A stretch of DNA of 64,000 nt from Camelus dromedarius (GCF_036321535.1 NC_087438.1:12402001-12466000), one strand, 5' to 3'. Positions 37,390 to 51,212 are shown, counted from the stretch's first letter. The notes: generated by a model not told the origin, from the sequence alone. Numbers and translations are program-made.

Positions 37390-38276
37390 TGATACTGTGA
37401 TTTATAAGAAGAAATACATTTCTTATGTATATTTGGTCTTCATCCAGGGTTCCTGGTTCATAGCTCCCAAAACCCTTGGAATTTCCTGAGTGATAAGAGC
37501 AAAGAAAGTATCTTTTGTCATCCTATTTGGCCTCTTTCCCTCAGTTTGTGAAATAATTTCAGTGCCATAAGGGCAACATGGGTGTCTTATTATTCATAAT
37601 AAGCCCCTTTCCAGCACAACTGGATTTACGTTAATAAGGTAAGTTTTGGAGAGCACATAAGGATGGGGGCTGGTTGCCAGGAAAACTAACCATGAATAAA
37701 GGGTTGGAACTTTCTCTCCCACCCTGATTTCTGAGGAGGGCAGAAGGACTAGATGTTGAATCCATCATCAATGGCCAATGATTTAGTCGATCATGCCTAT
37801 AAAGAAGGCTCCATAAAAATCCAAAAAGACGGGGCTCAGAGAGCTTCTGAGTTGTTGAGACATCATGGAAGCTCTGAGTCCTTTCCCCCTATTTTGTCCC
37901 GTGCATCTCTTCCATCTGGTTGTTCCTGAATTGTATCCTTTTATAGTAAACTGATGATCTAGTAAGTAAAATGTGTCTGAGTTCTGTAAGCTGCACTACC
38001 AAATTAATTGAACACAAGGAGGGGGTTGTTGGAACCTCTGACCTACAGCTGGTCAAGCAGAAGCCCAGGTGATGATCTGGACTTGCTTTTGGTGCCTGAA
38101 GTGGGGGCAGTCCTGTGGGACTGAGCGCTTAACCTGTGGGATCTGACAGTGTCTCCTGATGGAGAGTGTCAGAATTGAGTTGAATTGCTGGACAGCCAGC
38201 TGGTGTTCGAAGACTGCTTGGTGATATCGTGGTGATATGAGAAGACAACCCCAAACCCATCACTGAAGTTGGAAAC
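37390..38276 (+). mobile_element. MER21-family LTR
   Basis: tgatactgtgatttataagaagaaata...tatatttggtcttc...agctcccaaaacccttggaatttcctgagtgataagag...ggatgggggctggttgccagg...gtgggactgagc...gtgtcagaattgagttgaattg. Confidence 0.85.
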
Positions 38277-39239
38277 ACAATTTTCAGCTGTCCTTTTTAA
38301 TCTTGTGCAGTAATAAACATGTTGGGCTGCGTTTTCTATTAAGCAAGTTTTGGCTTTCTGGAAGCATCTACTGACCTTCCCTATTCACTACAAGGGTGGA
38401 AGAGAAATGCGTTTCTGATTTCCAAAGTTCTGACTAAGAAGATGACTTTTCCTCAGTAAAAAAAAATTATTACAAGTGATGGTTAGAAGTCTCTAGAATC
38501 CTTTACAGACTGAATAGGCTTCTGTGCTCTGACTTGGGAAATTTCCCACTGCAGCCTTTTTGTGCCTGGGGTCTGACATGTGATTGGCACACAGAAATAT
38601 TTTTACTGGACAGAACTAACATTCACTTATACTCTTGCTTCCATGGGGGAAATGGATTTTGAATTACAAACTTTTATAGCACAATTTGTTTAAAAATTAG
38701 AGACAACCTGTATTTATGTTTGAAGGTAGCTTGAGGTGAAAAAGGTTTTAAGGGTTTAAATTTTATGGTTTAGAACATGTCTTTATATTCCCCATCAAAA
38801 TAGTTCTGTTTGAGATGATGTTTTAACCTTCTGAGAAGCGACGAATCATGTCTTAGAATTTCAGGATGTTGGAATATGATGTATTTTCAAACAATGGCAG
38901 CCGGTGTTATCCTGTTAGTGGGACCAGGTACCTCAGGAATCATCTAATTATATGAGCACATTGAGACCCAAGAAGATGAAGCTGTTTATCCCCGCAAAAG
39001 TCAGGATGGAGGCTAGAATCTGAGTCTGATGAATTCTAATCATACTTTATCTCGAGTCTTCAGATTATTTCTTCTTCTGAGAAAATGTGAGATGGGAGCT
39101 CAATTCCAAGTCCTTGGGAGAGAGCACAGGCTTTTCCCCTCCCCCTTTGAATACCTAGCAAATGGCATTATATTTTCTATCAACCAGTTTTGCAGAATCA
39201 AATCAGACTTCTTGAAGTTTTACTCTTTCAGCAGCCATA

Positions 39240-39662
39240 TCATCTGTGGCTCCTCGGAACTCTGTGATGGAGATTACCTGAAGGGTGTTTATTCGGGCAA
39301 GTTTTTGACATGGACACCTGTACAAAAGGGAGGGAGGACACAGGATTAAGTGAGGGAAGCTGAGCTGGGATGCAGCCTGACTAAGGCGCTGACTCATCCC
39401 TCCAGGAGCTCTGAAAACAAAACAAGGTGGCCCTCAGAGTTGACACATATTGGGGCAAGGGTCTCAGCCTTTATAACTCCCGTGAGTCAGTCACTGGATG
39501 CGGGTATTGCAAGAAGGGGATGTCACCCCGAGTGAAGACTCTCCTTTTAGCCGTGGCAGTCCTCGTGGGGGCCACACGTCGGGAGTCTGGGCCCAGACAG
39601 CAGCTGGGGGCATGAGCTTTCATTCCTGGGGAGGCAAGGGAATGTCTGTCCTAAACACTGCA
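39240..39662 (-). mobile_element. LTR16C-like ERVL LTR
   Basis: tttattcggg...acacctgt...ggagctctgaa...ggccctcagagttg...cagtcactggatgcggg...cagctgggggcatgag. Confidence 0.7.
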
Positions 39663-39947
39663 AGGCCCACCGTGGGACTCATCCCATCTCTCCAAGAGTC
39701 TTGCTTCCTCCCATGCAGGAGATTATTAGATTAAAATGTTCTACACTGATTTCTGTGATGCATCGAGGAACATAGACTGAACCCAACACAGGAGTGGCTG
39801 GCTGCACAGCAGACTACTTTTTGAAACAAGCCCTGGAAAGATAGTAATAATCCTTTTAACGTCAGCCTTTTGGATGCTAAATTCTATTTACTTTGATAAG
39901 GTAGAGATGGTGGTAAGGAAGTCTGAATTTAAAAGGAATGAGAAGAA

Positions 39948-40672
39948 AGGCAAAACATTCTCTGACGTAAATGGTAGCAATGTTTTCCTAGGTCAGTCTA
40001 CCCAGGCAATAGAAATAAAAGCAAAAATAAACAAATGAGACCTAATTAAACTTTTATGCTAATGCACAGTAAAAAAAAAAAAAACCATAAACAAAATGAA
40101 AAGACAACCTACGGAATGGGAGAAAATATTTGCAAACGATGAGACTGGCAAGGGCTCAACCTCCGGAATATACAAACAGCTCAATCAACTCAATATCAAC
40201 AACAACAAAAAAAAAACAACAAACAACCCAATCCAAAAATGGGCAGAAGACCTAAAGAGACAGTTCTCCAATGAAGGCATGCAGATGGCCAACAGGCACA
40301 GGAAAAGACGCTCAATATTGCTAATTATCAGAGAAATGCAAAACTACAATGAGGTCTCACCTCACGCCAGTCAGAATGGTGATCATTCAAAAGTCCACAA
40401 ATGAAAAATCCTGGAGAGGCTGTGGAGAAAAGGGACCCTCCTACACTGCTGGTGGGGATGTAATTTGGTGCAGTCACTATGGAGAACAGTATGTAGGTTC
40501 CTTAAAAAACTAAAAATAGACTTAACCTATGATCCAGCAGTCCCACTCCTGGGCATGTATCTGGAGAAAACTATTATTTAAAAAGACAAAATAGCGGCAT
40601 TATTTACAATAGCCAAGACATGGAAACAACCTGAATGTCCATCGACGGATGACTGGATAAAGAAGTTGTGGG

Positions 40673-40729
<57 letters not shown>

Positions 40730-41194
40730 CCACAGTCATTACTGTGTATTACTCAGTCATAAAAAAGAATGAAATAATGCCATTTGTAGCAACATGGATG
40801 GACTTAGAGTTTATCATACTAAGTGAAGTAAGTCAGACAGAGAAAGACAAATATCATATGATATCATTTATCTGTGGAATCTAAAAAAATAATGCAAATG
40901 AACTTATTTACAAAACAAACAGACAGAGATAGAAAACAAGCTTAGGTTACCAAAGAGAAAGGGGGAGAGGGATAAATTAGGAGTTTGGGATTAACAGATA
41001 TAAACTACTACATATAGAATAGATAAACAATGAGGTCCTACTGTATAGCACAGGGAACTATATTCAAAAGCTTGTAATAACCTATAATGAAAAGAAATAT
41101 GAAAAAATACATATATATAAAATGAATCATTGTGCTGTATACTAGGAACTAACACAACATTGTAAATCAACTATACTTCAGTTTTAAAAAAAAA
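39948..41194 (+). mobile_element. 5'-truncated lineage-specific L1 (ORF2 C-terminus, 3'UTR, A-tail); frameshifted
   Basis: ORF 40096-40404 ([14 protein letters not shown]...[11 protein letters not shown]) and IMPFVATWMDLE..ILSEVSQTEKDKYHMISFICGI* are L1 ORF2 C-terminal motifs. An internal (TG)n(TA)n lies at 40674-40729. Confidence 0.95.
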
Positions 41195-41556
41195 GGAGGA
41201 GGAGGAGGAGATAAAGACCATGTACCTGAAAATGGGCTGGTTGTATTTGACTGTTTCATTATTTTGCATATTTCCACACAATTACGTATTGTGCATCATC
41301 TGTTTTAAAGTATCGCATGATGTAAGCATAAATTCCTGCTCCTGCCTTTGAGGGAGTCTTTGGAGCCCTGAAACTCAGGGCAAGGAAGGAGTAGTGGCTA
41401 GAGACAGCCTGGCCTCTAGAGCCAGACTGCCTGGTTCACTGTCTCCAGTTCCACCACACATGGGTTATGTGACCATGGGCCTCAGGTTCCCGGGTGCTGC
41501 CTTAGAAGATGGTTGGAGAGTTTCACTCCAGGGCACTGCTCAAAATACACAACCTC

Positions 41557-42208
41557 ACTGTTCGACCCAGCAATTCCACCCCTGGGTATATTTCCAAAAA
41601 AACCCCCAAAACCCTAATTTGAAAAGACACATGCACTCCAATGTTCTTGGTAGCCTTATTTACCATAGCCAAGCTATGGAAGCAACCTAAGTGTCCATCA
41701 GTAGACAAATGGATAAAGATGTGGTGCATATATATATACAATGGAATATTACTCAGCCATAAAAAGAAGTAAATGTTGCCATTTGCAGCAACATAGATGG
41801 ACTTGGAGGGCATTATGCTAAGTGACATAGGTCAGACAGAGAAAGACAAATACTGTATGATATAATTTATAAGTGGAATCTAAAAAAATACACCAAACTA
41901 GTGAATGTAACAAAAAAAAGTAGCAAACTCATAGATATAGAGAACAAACTAGTGGTTACCAGTGGGGAGAGGAAAGGGGGAGGTATAGGGGTGGTGGAGT
42001 GAGGTACAAACTGTTGGGTATAAGATAAGTTCAAGTATATATTGTACAACATGGGAAATAGAGCCATCATTTTATAATAACTATAAATGGATTATAACCA
42101 TTAAAAATTGTGAATCACTTTATCTTACACCTATAATTTATATAATATTATATATCAACTATACTTCAATACAAAAAAATAAATTATAGGTTCAAAATGA
42201 ACAAGCAA
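41557..42208 (+). mobile_element. L1 3' end (older subfamily) with TSD
   Basis: gacccagcaattccacccctgggtatat...atggaagcaacctaagtgtccatcagtaga...ggacttggagggcattatgctaagtga. 15 bp TSD aaaatacacaacctc at 41542-41556 and 42209-42223. Confidence 0.92.
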
Positions 42209-42854
42209 AAAATACACAACCTCTGGTTGATGTTTCTCCCCCAAATGCATACCCTTCTCTATGGACCTTCCTGTTGACCTCCATCCAAAACCTTTCAATT
42301 GTGCTTCTGGAACCTCCTGGTTTTGCTGTTGCAAAGACTTTCTTTATATCTTCATGCCATTGTAGACTAATCTGTTGTCCTCCTGTAGGGACACTGTTTT
42401 ACTTGAATAAGTGGGTTCTGCTCTCTCTCCTATAGTCTATAGTATCTTTTATCTGGAAGAGGGTGTCAACACTGTCCTCAATCCCCTTTCCTGTGCCTGG
42501 CTATTACTCCATTTCCCTCGGGTAGAAATCCTTTGTTTTGGGTCATGCCATCCACCTAATCCACCCTGTACCCCTGTGGATCACTGTCATCTACTGGTCT
42601 CCTGATCTTTCTCCCACATTATAGAACACCTTGGTACTTGGTTCATGGTCTTCTCTGGGTCACCATCTACGTATAGGGTCGATTTGACATCCATGTGGCT
42701 AACCTTGGACATGGTGACCTCTAAGGCTTCTTGGTCTCAGAATCAGTGCCTTTACCCCCAACTACATTTCAGCATCCCTCTTTCACTAGCACACCCTGTA
42801 CCTTTTTACTGCCAAACAGTGTCACTTCTGAAAACTCCAACAGCAATAGCCTAA

Positions 42855-43178
42855 TGTTTTGGTTTGAATCTCCCAAGAAGTAAACCCTGAAGACAGATTC
42901 CAGTAAAAGTAGTTTATTGGGAGGTAATCCCAGCAGGGGAGAGGAGTGACTGAGACAAGGAGGAAAAGGAAGCAGAACATCCATTAGAGTTATCCTACCT
43001 GGAGGATAGGAGCTGGGCGGTGATTCACCAATTCCCATCAGCCCTTGGCTAAGGGCTGCTTCTAGTGGACATTAACTACTTGATGTTCTAGCCTGAAATG
43101 TACAGAACCAAAAGCAAGTAATAGTCTAGCCAGAGAAGGGGGCATAGATATAAGGATGAGAGCACCACTTCATCTACC
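42855..43178 (-). mobile_element. LTR33-like ERVL LTR fragment
   Basis: aagtagtttattgggaggtaatcccag...gagacaaggagg...agagttatcctacc...accaattcccatcag...ggctaagggctgct. Confidence 0.65.
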
Positions 43179-43199
43179 AGTTCAGCTCTCTTGATGCTG

Positions 43200-46160
43200 C
43201 CTTTCCCCTAAACATGGCTCTTGTTGCTATTGAGGTCCCTAATCCCTTGACTCATTCATTCCTGGCTGAATGATCAGCTTCCTGCTACCACAATTCCTTC
43301 CATATGGAGCCTGGGTCCCAAAGACAATTTGAGCTGCTTTCTCTCCAGCCTCTCAACTTCATTGTCTCCTTGCTGTTGTTTTCTTCTTCTTTTTTCTTTT
43401 TCTTTTGCAACCACAATTTGGTATTTCCCATCTAAGTTCAGACTGTAATAGCAAGAAAGAATTGCCCGCCCAGGCACACTGGTGCCACCACAAATTAATG
43501 GAAGTCTGTCTCCCCAGTTCATTATATTTACTTGTTCTAGGTCAGCCCTGTCTTTAATAACACTCAGCGGCTCGGCTAAATTTTCCCTCTTTCCTTAAGG
43601 CATCTTCTCAGCCTTTATCCTTCTGGTTCTCCATTGCTGACTCAGCCAGCTTTCTTGGTCAAATGGTCCCTATTTACTACCTCCTTTTTCCTCTTCTCTC
43701 GCTCATTTCTCACCCTGCCTCCATGTAATTTCTGGCTCCATGACCAAATTCTGTGTCAACTCAGTGGACATTTCTACTCCCATCTTTCTTCCTAGCAACA
43801 TTCTTAGATATCTTCTAGAACATTCTCATCTCTTATTTTTCATGCCACAAAATTATCTTCATTTTCTTCTAATCTTTCTGGCCAGTTCTTCTTTCTCTGC
43901 ACTGTCTCACCGTCTTCTATGCATCCACTGAATTTCTGAGCTCCTCAGAATTCTGTCTGGGGCCCTCGCCTTTCTTCTATGATCTTTCAATAAACAAGCT
44001 GACTCTAGTGATGCCGACACTTTATATCTACAGATTAGACTTCTCCTTTGGGATCCAGACCCCTTTGTCTAGCAGTCTATCTTGAATGTCTCAAAGACAC
44101 ATTAAAATCAGTACATCTAGAAGTAAACTCATAATCGTTCCCCCAAACCCAGCCCACCTGCAGTGTACCTCATTTTAGCACCGACTGGAAATCCAAAACC
44201 TCAACACACTGTCACCTTGTCTTATGGAATTTCACTTCATACATATCTCTTGACATCAACTCTCAGTTTTTAACCACGCCCACCTTTTTTGAGCTATAGT
44301 CATTTCTTCCCAGGATTACAGAAATGGGTCCATTTTATCCTCTCCTGACTCTTCTGTTCTCTGGGCTACAGCCAACATCAACTTTATGAAATGCAAATGT
44401 GATCTTGTTCCCACTGCCTCCAGTCCCTCTAAAACTTCCTCAATGGCTTCCCAGGACTTTGCGGACTGCCTTCCTGATGCGTCCTACAAGGCCCTGCCTG
44501 TTCTGGTCTGACTTCTGTCTCCAGCTTCAACCTTCCTCATGCTCTACCTCCCTTTTTCTGCTCCAGCTACATTGCCTGTCTTTTCACTGTAGTTCTTCCA
44601 ATACCCAACACTTTCACTGGACTTTTGTGGATGCTGAAATTTCCTTCTATTTTTTCTCTAGTTTACTCCAACTTGTGGATTGGAGTCATCTCTCTTTCTC
44701 AAGTGGCACGTCCTACTTGCGTTATCCTAGCAAAGATGGCTTTTTTGATACCTTAGTAGGTCAATTTCTTTTGCTTTGAACTCTTACTGCACCATGCAAA
44801 TCCTCAAAGCATGTGTCACACTTGCAATTTTACATTTACTTGTTGGAATTTTGGGTTAATGCCTGCCACTCCATCAGACTGTAAACTCTAAGAGAACCAA
44901 GATTATGCTTGTGGTGCCAGGGTACTTAGCAGCTGCTCAGAAAATCTTTATTGAAAAAATGGCAATTAATGAATGACTGATTTCCTATTTTCTGGAGAAA
45001 CTCAAGTTTCTAGATATGAGTGCCCTCATTTTCCAACCTACACCTGAGTGAGCTTGGATTTCCAGAAAGATCTCTGTTCTAGAAGAACCCTCTCAACTGT
45101 GCTCTTCATCACATGCCTTCCCTGATCTGGTCCCAGTGATTCCATCTTTCTCTTATTTCAGTCTTCCTTCTTGCCTATTTCTTGTCTCCTGCATCCATTT
45201 ATATTTTCAAGCTTCAGCAGAAAAAAAAATCCTCCTCCATCTTGCATTTTGTCTATTTTCCTTTACAAAGTCTTGCATTTTGTTTATTTTCCTTCACAAA
45301 GTTCATACAACAACCCACAGTAGCCATCTCCACTTCTTATTTCCACAAGCTTTCATCTTTTCTAATGACGTTGAAATCAAATACAGATCTTTTTCTTGAA
45401 CTCCAGACCCAGAATACCAGCTGGTCATTCGATATATTTTTCTGCATGCCTCAAGGGTTCTTCTAACTCAACTTATTTCAATCCTTTCAGAACTGCTTTT
45501 CCCCTAATCTTTTAGAACTGGTAAAAAGTACTATCCTTTACTCAGTTATCAAGGTTAGGGTTCTGATGTTTATCCTAATCTCCTTCATTTTGCTCTCTAT
45601 CCGAATTAGGCAATATGGCTTGTCTACTGCATCTCTTACGTGTTTTTGGAATCTCTGCATTAATCAGTATTGATACTCATCTGTAGATCATGGACTATGA
45701 TGAGAGCTTCCAAAAGGTCTCGCGGGTCAGCCCAGCCCCAGTCAGGCATTTACACTGCTATGGAGATCTTTCTGAGGCACAAGTCTGATCCTGTGTAACC
45801 GCCTCCCCCCAGGCTGCTCACACTCTCAAATGTTTTGGCGTAGCATGCAGGTCCCCACAGGGTTGTATCTTCGGCTTCACCCCCAGCTGTGCTTCCCATT
45901 ATCCCCTCAGCTCTAGATGTTCCCCAGTCCTTGCTAATCTTGTAATACTAGGGAGTTGCACTGTTTTACTTTTCAATGCCTTTTTACACACTTCTCCCTA
46001 CAACACCATCCCCAGACCTTTGGAAGAATGGAGAATCCCTACTTATGCCTCAAAGTCCAGGTCAACGACTGCTTGTTTTGAACACCTTTCCCTGAATCTT
46101 CCCAAATAGAGTTGAGCAGTCTCTCTACTGTACCTCCAATGTACCATATTACAGTCCGTG
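43200..46160 (+). mobile_element. Long degenerate L2 fragments (at least two)
   Basis: Pyrimidine-rich tract with L2 hallmarks: tccagaccc...cttgaatgtctcaaagacacattaaa, cttcctcaatggcttccc...caaggccctg, agactgtaaactc...ttattgaa...aatgaatga (~44980), and a second ctccagacccag...ctaactcaac. Confidence 0.65.
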
Positions 46161-46923
46161 AGAAATCATGTCAGCAGAGTTGCTGCATAAGGTTGTTCAG
46201 GTGGCAGACTGCACAACTTGAGGAAACTTGTTCACAAAAGGGTGCACAATGGGCACAGTGTGCTACATCATGGCATTATTTTTGAGCTGTTTTCCTATTC
46301 TTTGTTCTTAAGAATCACAGGAATGGAGAAGAAGGCTAAAAAGAAGATGAAGACTGTAATGTGTCAAATTTACATGTGCAAGATTGCTGCATTAATTCAA
46401 GAGGAATGAAGGAAAAGACATGGGGACAGGTTGGGTCAGGATGCTAATGTGTCTAAGGCAGGAGGTGAAGAGAGAAGTTTTGTGGTGCTTTGATGTACCA
46501 CACTCCAGTGGCAAATTATGCAGGGGGTATGACAAGAAGGAGCTGGCTTAGGGTAGTGATGTTCTTGCAAGACACCAGAGCAGGAAGGACAGAAACAGAC
46601 TATTTAAAAATGACTGAAACACAATTGGCTACTGAAAGAGGAGTTGATGACTGGTGTTGGCAGTGGGGATCCCTCAGATAAATCTCCAAGGGCTGCTTAA
46701 GTACACAGTCATGGACAGACAGGGGCAATCAGTGCTGGAGCTTATGTGGTCACTGGCTTCTACGTCTGCCCTTCCCTATTCCCAATAGATGGAGAGCTTC
46801 GCTAAGCCAGGCATTGAATCTTTTGATTTTAAATCACCAGTATCTTAGGTGGTCCATGATGGGTCCTCCCACACCCATCCCAGCCAGAGGAGCAAAAGAG
46901 AAGGAAGGTTTATGGACTTTGAC

Positions 46924-47135
46924 AATAATAGTAATAGTAATAATAATAATAATAATAGTAATAGTCAACACTCATATAGTGTTCATTATGTGCCCTGCAC
47001 TTTTCTAAGTACTTTCTATATATTAACTCATTGTATCTTTGTTTGTAGGTATCAGAATTCCCATTTTACGGATGAGGAAACTGATGCTGAGAGATGTTAA
47101 GTAACCTGCCCAACGTCACACAGCTAGTGAGGAGG
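46924..47135 (-). mobile_element. MIR SINE with (AAT)n tail
   Basis: (aat/agt)n at 46924-46963, then cccattttacggatgaggaaactgatgctgagagatgttaagtaacctgcccaacgtcacacagctagtga. Confidence 0.85.
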
Positions 47136-47900
47136 GGAGCCTCTTTCATCTCCCCCTTGATGGCAATTTTAACCTGAAGAGAGGGTGAGGATTTTCAGTG
47201 AGGCGTTTGTGCCACCTCATGCTTTGCACCCCTGCAATCTCTTTGCTTTTTGTCTTATTTCTCTTTTGTCTTTCATCCTTAGGAACCCCTATGTGTTAGT
47301 AGAGACAATTACGGGCTTTCATGCACATTCTTTTTTCTCTTTATGGTCCCGGTGGTCGAGTCAGTGGGCAGAGAGGTTGAAATTCATGTTCCAGGGAAAC
47401 AGTCCACTCATGTCCCCAGGGACACACTACCTGTTCCCTTGGGCTGGCTTTCCTTTAAATGGGGAAGGGGCGGATTAGGGAGAATTTCTCCCAACATTTT
47501 ACCCACTCATCTTTCTGTTTTGGTACTGTTCCCGGGGAATGGAGGCTACCAGCTACCTTCCCACCTTTGTAAACACACAGGTTTTTTCTGGGTAAAACTT
47601 TTCAAGGATTTAACATGGGTTTCCCCTCCTCATCTGCTTAAGAACAGTTGATACAATTTCTTTTTCTCTGGCTTGTTTTTCCTTATTGTCTTCATTGGCT
47701 CTTGTGAATTGAGCAATTTTGTAATTTGGTTACACTTTGTCAAATAATTGTATGTCTTTCAGAAACATTTATGATTTCATTTTCTTTGTTATTTAGCTGT
47801 ATTTCTGTAGCCTGTGGAGAGATTGGAGATGCAGCTTTATAATATAGTCTGTAAGTCTGAAGTTTTCTGGCAAAAGGTTAAAAAAAAAATTCACACCTGG

Positions 47901-48034
47901 GGAGGAGGGTGTAGCTCAGAGGTAGAGTGTGTGTCTACCATGCATGAGGTTCTGGGTTCAATCCCCAGTATCTCCATTAAAAAAATACATAAATAAACCT
48001 ATCTACCTACCTCCCCCCGCCCCCCCCCCCCCCC
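47901..48034 (+). mobile_element. Camelid tRNA-derived SINE
   Basis: ggagggtgtagctcagaggtagag...atgcatgaggttctgggttcaatccccagta...aaataaacct...poly-C. TSD aaattcacacctgg at 47887-47900 and 48035-48048. Confidence 0.92.
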
Positions 48035-48109
48035 AAATTCACACCTGGCTTGCATTTGATAAGGATTCCACTTGTTGCATTATTTTCTTTGGATCTAATG
48101 GAATTTTAA

Positions 48110-48137
48110 ATATATATATATATATATGTGTGTGTGT

Positions 48138-48174
<37 letters not shown>

Positions 48175-48216
48175 CACACATACATATATATGTATGTATA
48201 TATATAAAATATATAT
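48110..48216. repeat. Compound (TA)n(TG)n(CA)n microsatellite
   Basis: Directly visible. Confidence 0.95.
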
Positions 48217-48391
48217 GGGTATTTTTGTGTTGGGCATATTAATAAGAGATTTGATTTTTAATTCTAGCTCTAAAGGAGAAAATGGGCATTGTGTTTAATA
48301 TGCACTGTATCAACTACAGTGGACAGATTCCAAGTTATTCCTTGAGTTGGATCTTAAAAAATATTTAGTTTAAAATCACCTCTTTCCACCT

Positions 48392-48405
48392 GCGCCCCCT
48401 AGTGT
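48392..48405 (-). promoter_or_regulatory. CTCF-like motif
   Basis: Minus strand reads ACACTAGGGGGCGC, close to the CTCF core CCACTAGGGGGCGC, with the CpG retained in an AT-rich context. Motif match only. Confidence 0.5.
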
Positions 48406-48901
48406 TTGCTAATTATGTCGTTGGTTGGCCTCAGAGTCTGCAAATGCTGGTCTATGCTATTTCTCTTACAGGATTTGTCTTCTTGAAGGCATTCAGGGTT
48501 CTTAGGTTTCCTCTTGCCTAAAAGTAGAACAATGTGTCCTTATAACCATTTAGTCCACACTTATATGTTAAGGACAAAAAGTCCATGGATTTCTGCCCCT
48601 AATTCTCTCTAAATTAGGTTTGGTTTGGTTTTTAAATGGCGTCAAAATGATGCATGGTGGGAAAGCCTCATTTTCAGAATTGGGACTTGGTACATTTCCA
48701 GTGGTGGTAGTAGAACTCTCTTTTGTATAGAATTGAGGAGAAATAGTTTTCTAGGATTAAGTCACGTCCTTTTCGGAAGTGGGACCACGGATTAGGTGTG
48801 GCTGGGTTTCAAATAGAGGATATTCCAGTTACTTGATTCTATAAATCACTTGTACTTGACAGGCCACATGTCCAAATTTTCAGTTAGGAAAATTTGATCC
48901 C

Positions 48902-49310
48902 TGGATTCATTCTCTAGGATGGCCATAACACAATACCACGGACTGGGGGGCTTAAACCACAGAACTTGATTTTCTCACAGATCTGGAGGCTAGAAGTCCA
49001 AGGCCAAGGCGCTGGTAGGGCTGGTTTCTTCTGAGGCTTCTCTCCCTGGCCTGCAGACGGCCACCTTTGGGCTGTGTCTTCACGTGGTCTTTGCTCTGTG
49101 TTCACGCAAATTTGGATCTGAATTTCCTCTTCTTATAAGGACAGAGGTAAGATTGGATTAGGGTCCACCCATACGACCTTGTGTTACCTTCATTACCTCT
49201 TTAATGGCCCTATCTCCCCAAACCATCTTATCCTCAAGTACTGGCAGTTAGGACTTCAACGTATGAATTTGGGGGTTTGAGGGGGCAGGAACACAATTCA
49301 GCCCATGACA
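48902..49310 (-). mobile_element. MLT1B-like MaLR solo LTR
   Basis: ggccataacacaataccac...ctggaggctagaagtccaag...cctcttcttataaggaca...gttaggacttcaacgtatgaattt...acacaattcagcccatgaca. 5 bp TSD atccc/gtccc. Confidence 0.9.
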
Positions 49311-50400
49311 GTCCCTACAGGACTGGTCATCTTCTGGCCCTGGTAGGTACCTGGGACCCGAACTTCTTCAGGATGTTTATTACTACACTGAAGAATGATG
49401 GGGATCTCAAGGGAGTGGCACACTGCTTGATACCATAAAAGAATGTTTTAATCCCAGGAAAAAAGTTTAATAATGTAAATATAATGCTATAATATACTCT
49501 TATAATATAATAAATTTAAGAACCTGGAGTGCCTTTAGATAATAAATCGCTTAGGTTAGCAATCGCAGAATCTTAGGCCACCAACTATGATAACCTCTCA
49601 GTACTTATTAGAAGCTGTAAAGTAGTGTATTAATATTCTTCCATTACCTCTTGTGAAGCAGGCACCTTGCTCTGCTGGGAGAAAATGAATGCCTTATCCT
49701 CCTGTCCTTGTGGAGTTCCTAGTTTAGGCTTTCAAAGATTGCAGACACCATGGGGTCACATATCTGAGTAAAGCAGATCTCAGCTGGGCTAGCCTCCCTG
49801 CCCTTCTTAGATCTGGTTCAGATCTGCTCAAACTCCCCACCTACCAGGAAGTTGAGCCCTGTTGCCAAAACTTCTCTCCATCCCTGGTGTCACACTCCCC
49901 GTCACCTCTGCTTTCAGGGTCCAGCTTCTGCTGAATTTGTGTTCTCCTCTCTGCGTCTTGCAGCTGTTCTTTTATCTTTTCCTTGGAATCAACCCAAACA
50001 TGGGCCATAACCTTGGATTATTTGCTCCTTCCATTAAAATGCAATATACGATGCAGCTGTGTGCAGTAGATTTCTGTTGGTGACTTGATGACAAGGAAGG
50101 TTGCATTGCAGGGCCAGGGAGCAATTAATTTAAAACTGAATAATCGACTCCCCTGGTCTGCAAAACATTTCTTGGGCATTTCCACCAACTCTAATTCCAT
50201 TCCTCCACTGTTCTGGTGAGATCTCTTTCTGTTCTCTGCCTCCCTTCTCTCCTTCCCCACCTGCCTTTCCTGCCCCCCCCCCCCCCACTGCATCCATCTA
50301 ATTCTCTTCCACTAAATAAGCAAAGCTGTTGAACTATCTTCCTATAGTTTGCTTCCAAATTACACTCTCAGGGCCTCATCTTCTACCCTAAGAATATTTA

Positions 50401-50403
50401 TTT

Positions 50404-50486
<83 letters not shown>

Positions 50487-50544
50487 AAGTATAGTTGCTT
50501 TACAATGTTGTGCTAGTTTCAGGTGTACAGCAAAGTGATTCAGT

Positions 50545-50583
<39 letters not shown>

Positions 50584-50685
50584 TCTATTTCAGATTCTTT
50601 CCCATTACAGGTTATTACAAGATGTTGAATATAGATTTCCCTGTACTATACAGGAGGTCCTTGCTGTTTATCTATTTTACATATT
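50401..50685 (-). mobile_element. L1 3' end whose A-tail has become (GAAA)n; internal (ATATAC)n
   Basis: (tttc)n at 50401-50486, then aagtatagttgctttacaatgttgtg...tcaggtgtacagcaaagtgattcagttataca...ttccctgtactatacag. Confidence 0.9.
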
Positions 50686-50919
50686 CAATTCTATTAAATT
50701 TGGGAGAAGTTGGTTGAAATCATGTGAATGATGGGGAATAGTGAAGGTCTTGGTGTATATGTTGGGATTACCTTTTGGATTTACAGTTTATAGTTATAGC
50801 CAGTTGGAACCAGTTAGAAGATGCATGGGCCCACGTCCCATCTGTCAAATAGCAGGACTCACCTGACTCTCCAGGATTTAAAAATTCTTAAAAGAGGCAC
50901 GTACTATTATGATTATTTG

Positions 50920-51212
50920 TATATATATTTAGTTGAGATATAATTGACATACACCATTGTATCAGTTTAACATAATGATTTTAGTATACGTGTAAATTGC
51001 AAAGTGATGACCACAATTAGTTTAATTAACATCCATCACCACACATAGTTACAAAAAATTTTCCCTATGTTGAAAACTTTTAAGATTACTCTTCTAGCAA
51101 CTTTCAAATGTACAATACAGGACCATTAACGACAGTCACCATGCTGTCCACTACATCCCCAGGACTTACTTAATCTCATAACTGGAAGTTCCTACCTCTT
51201 GGCCACCTTCAG
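50920..51212 (-). mobile_element. L1MA9-like 3' end
   Basis: ttgagatataattgacata...gatgaccacaatt...aacatccatcacc...agcaactttcaaatgtacaatacag...cataactggaagtt. Confidence 0.8.

Noticed and set aside
40096..40884. Protein-coding ORFs 40096-40404 and 40666-40884
   Set aside because: Frameshifted remnants of the L1 ORF2 C-terminus.
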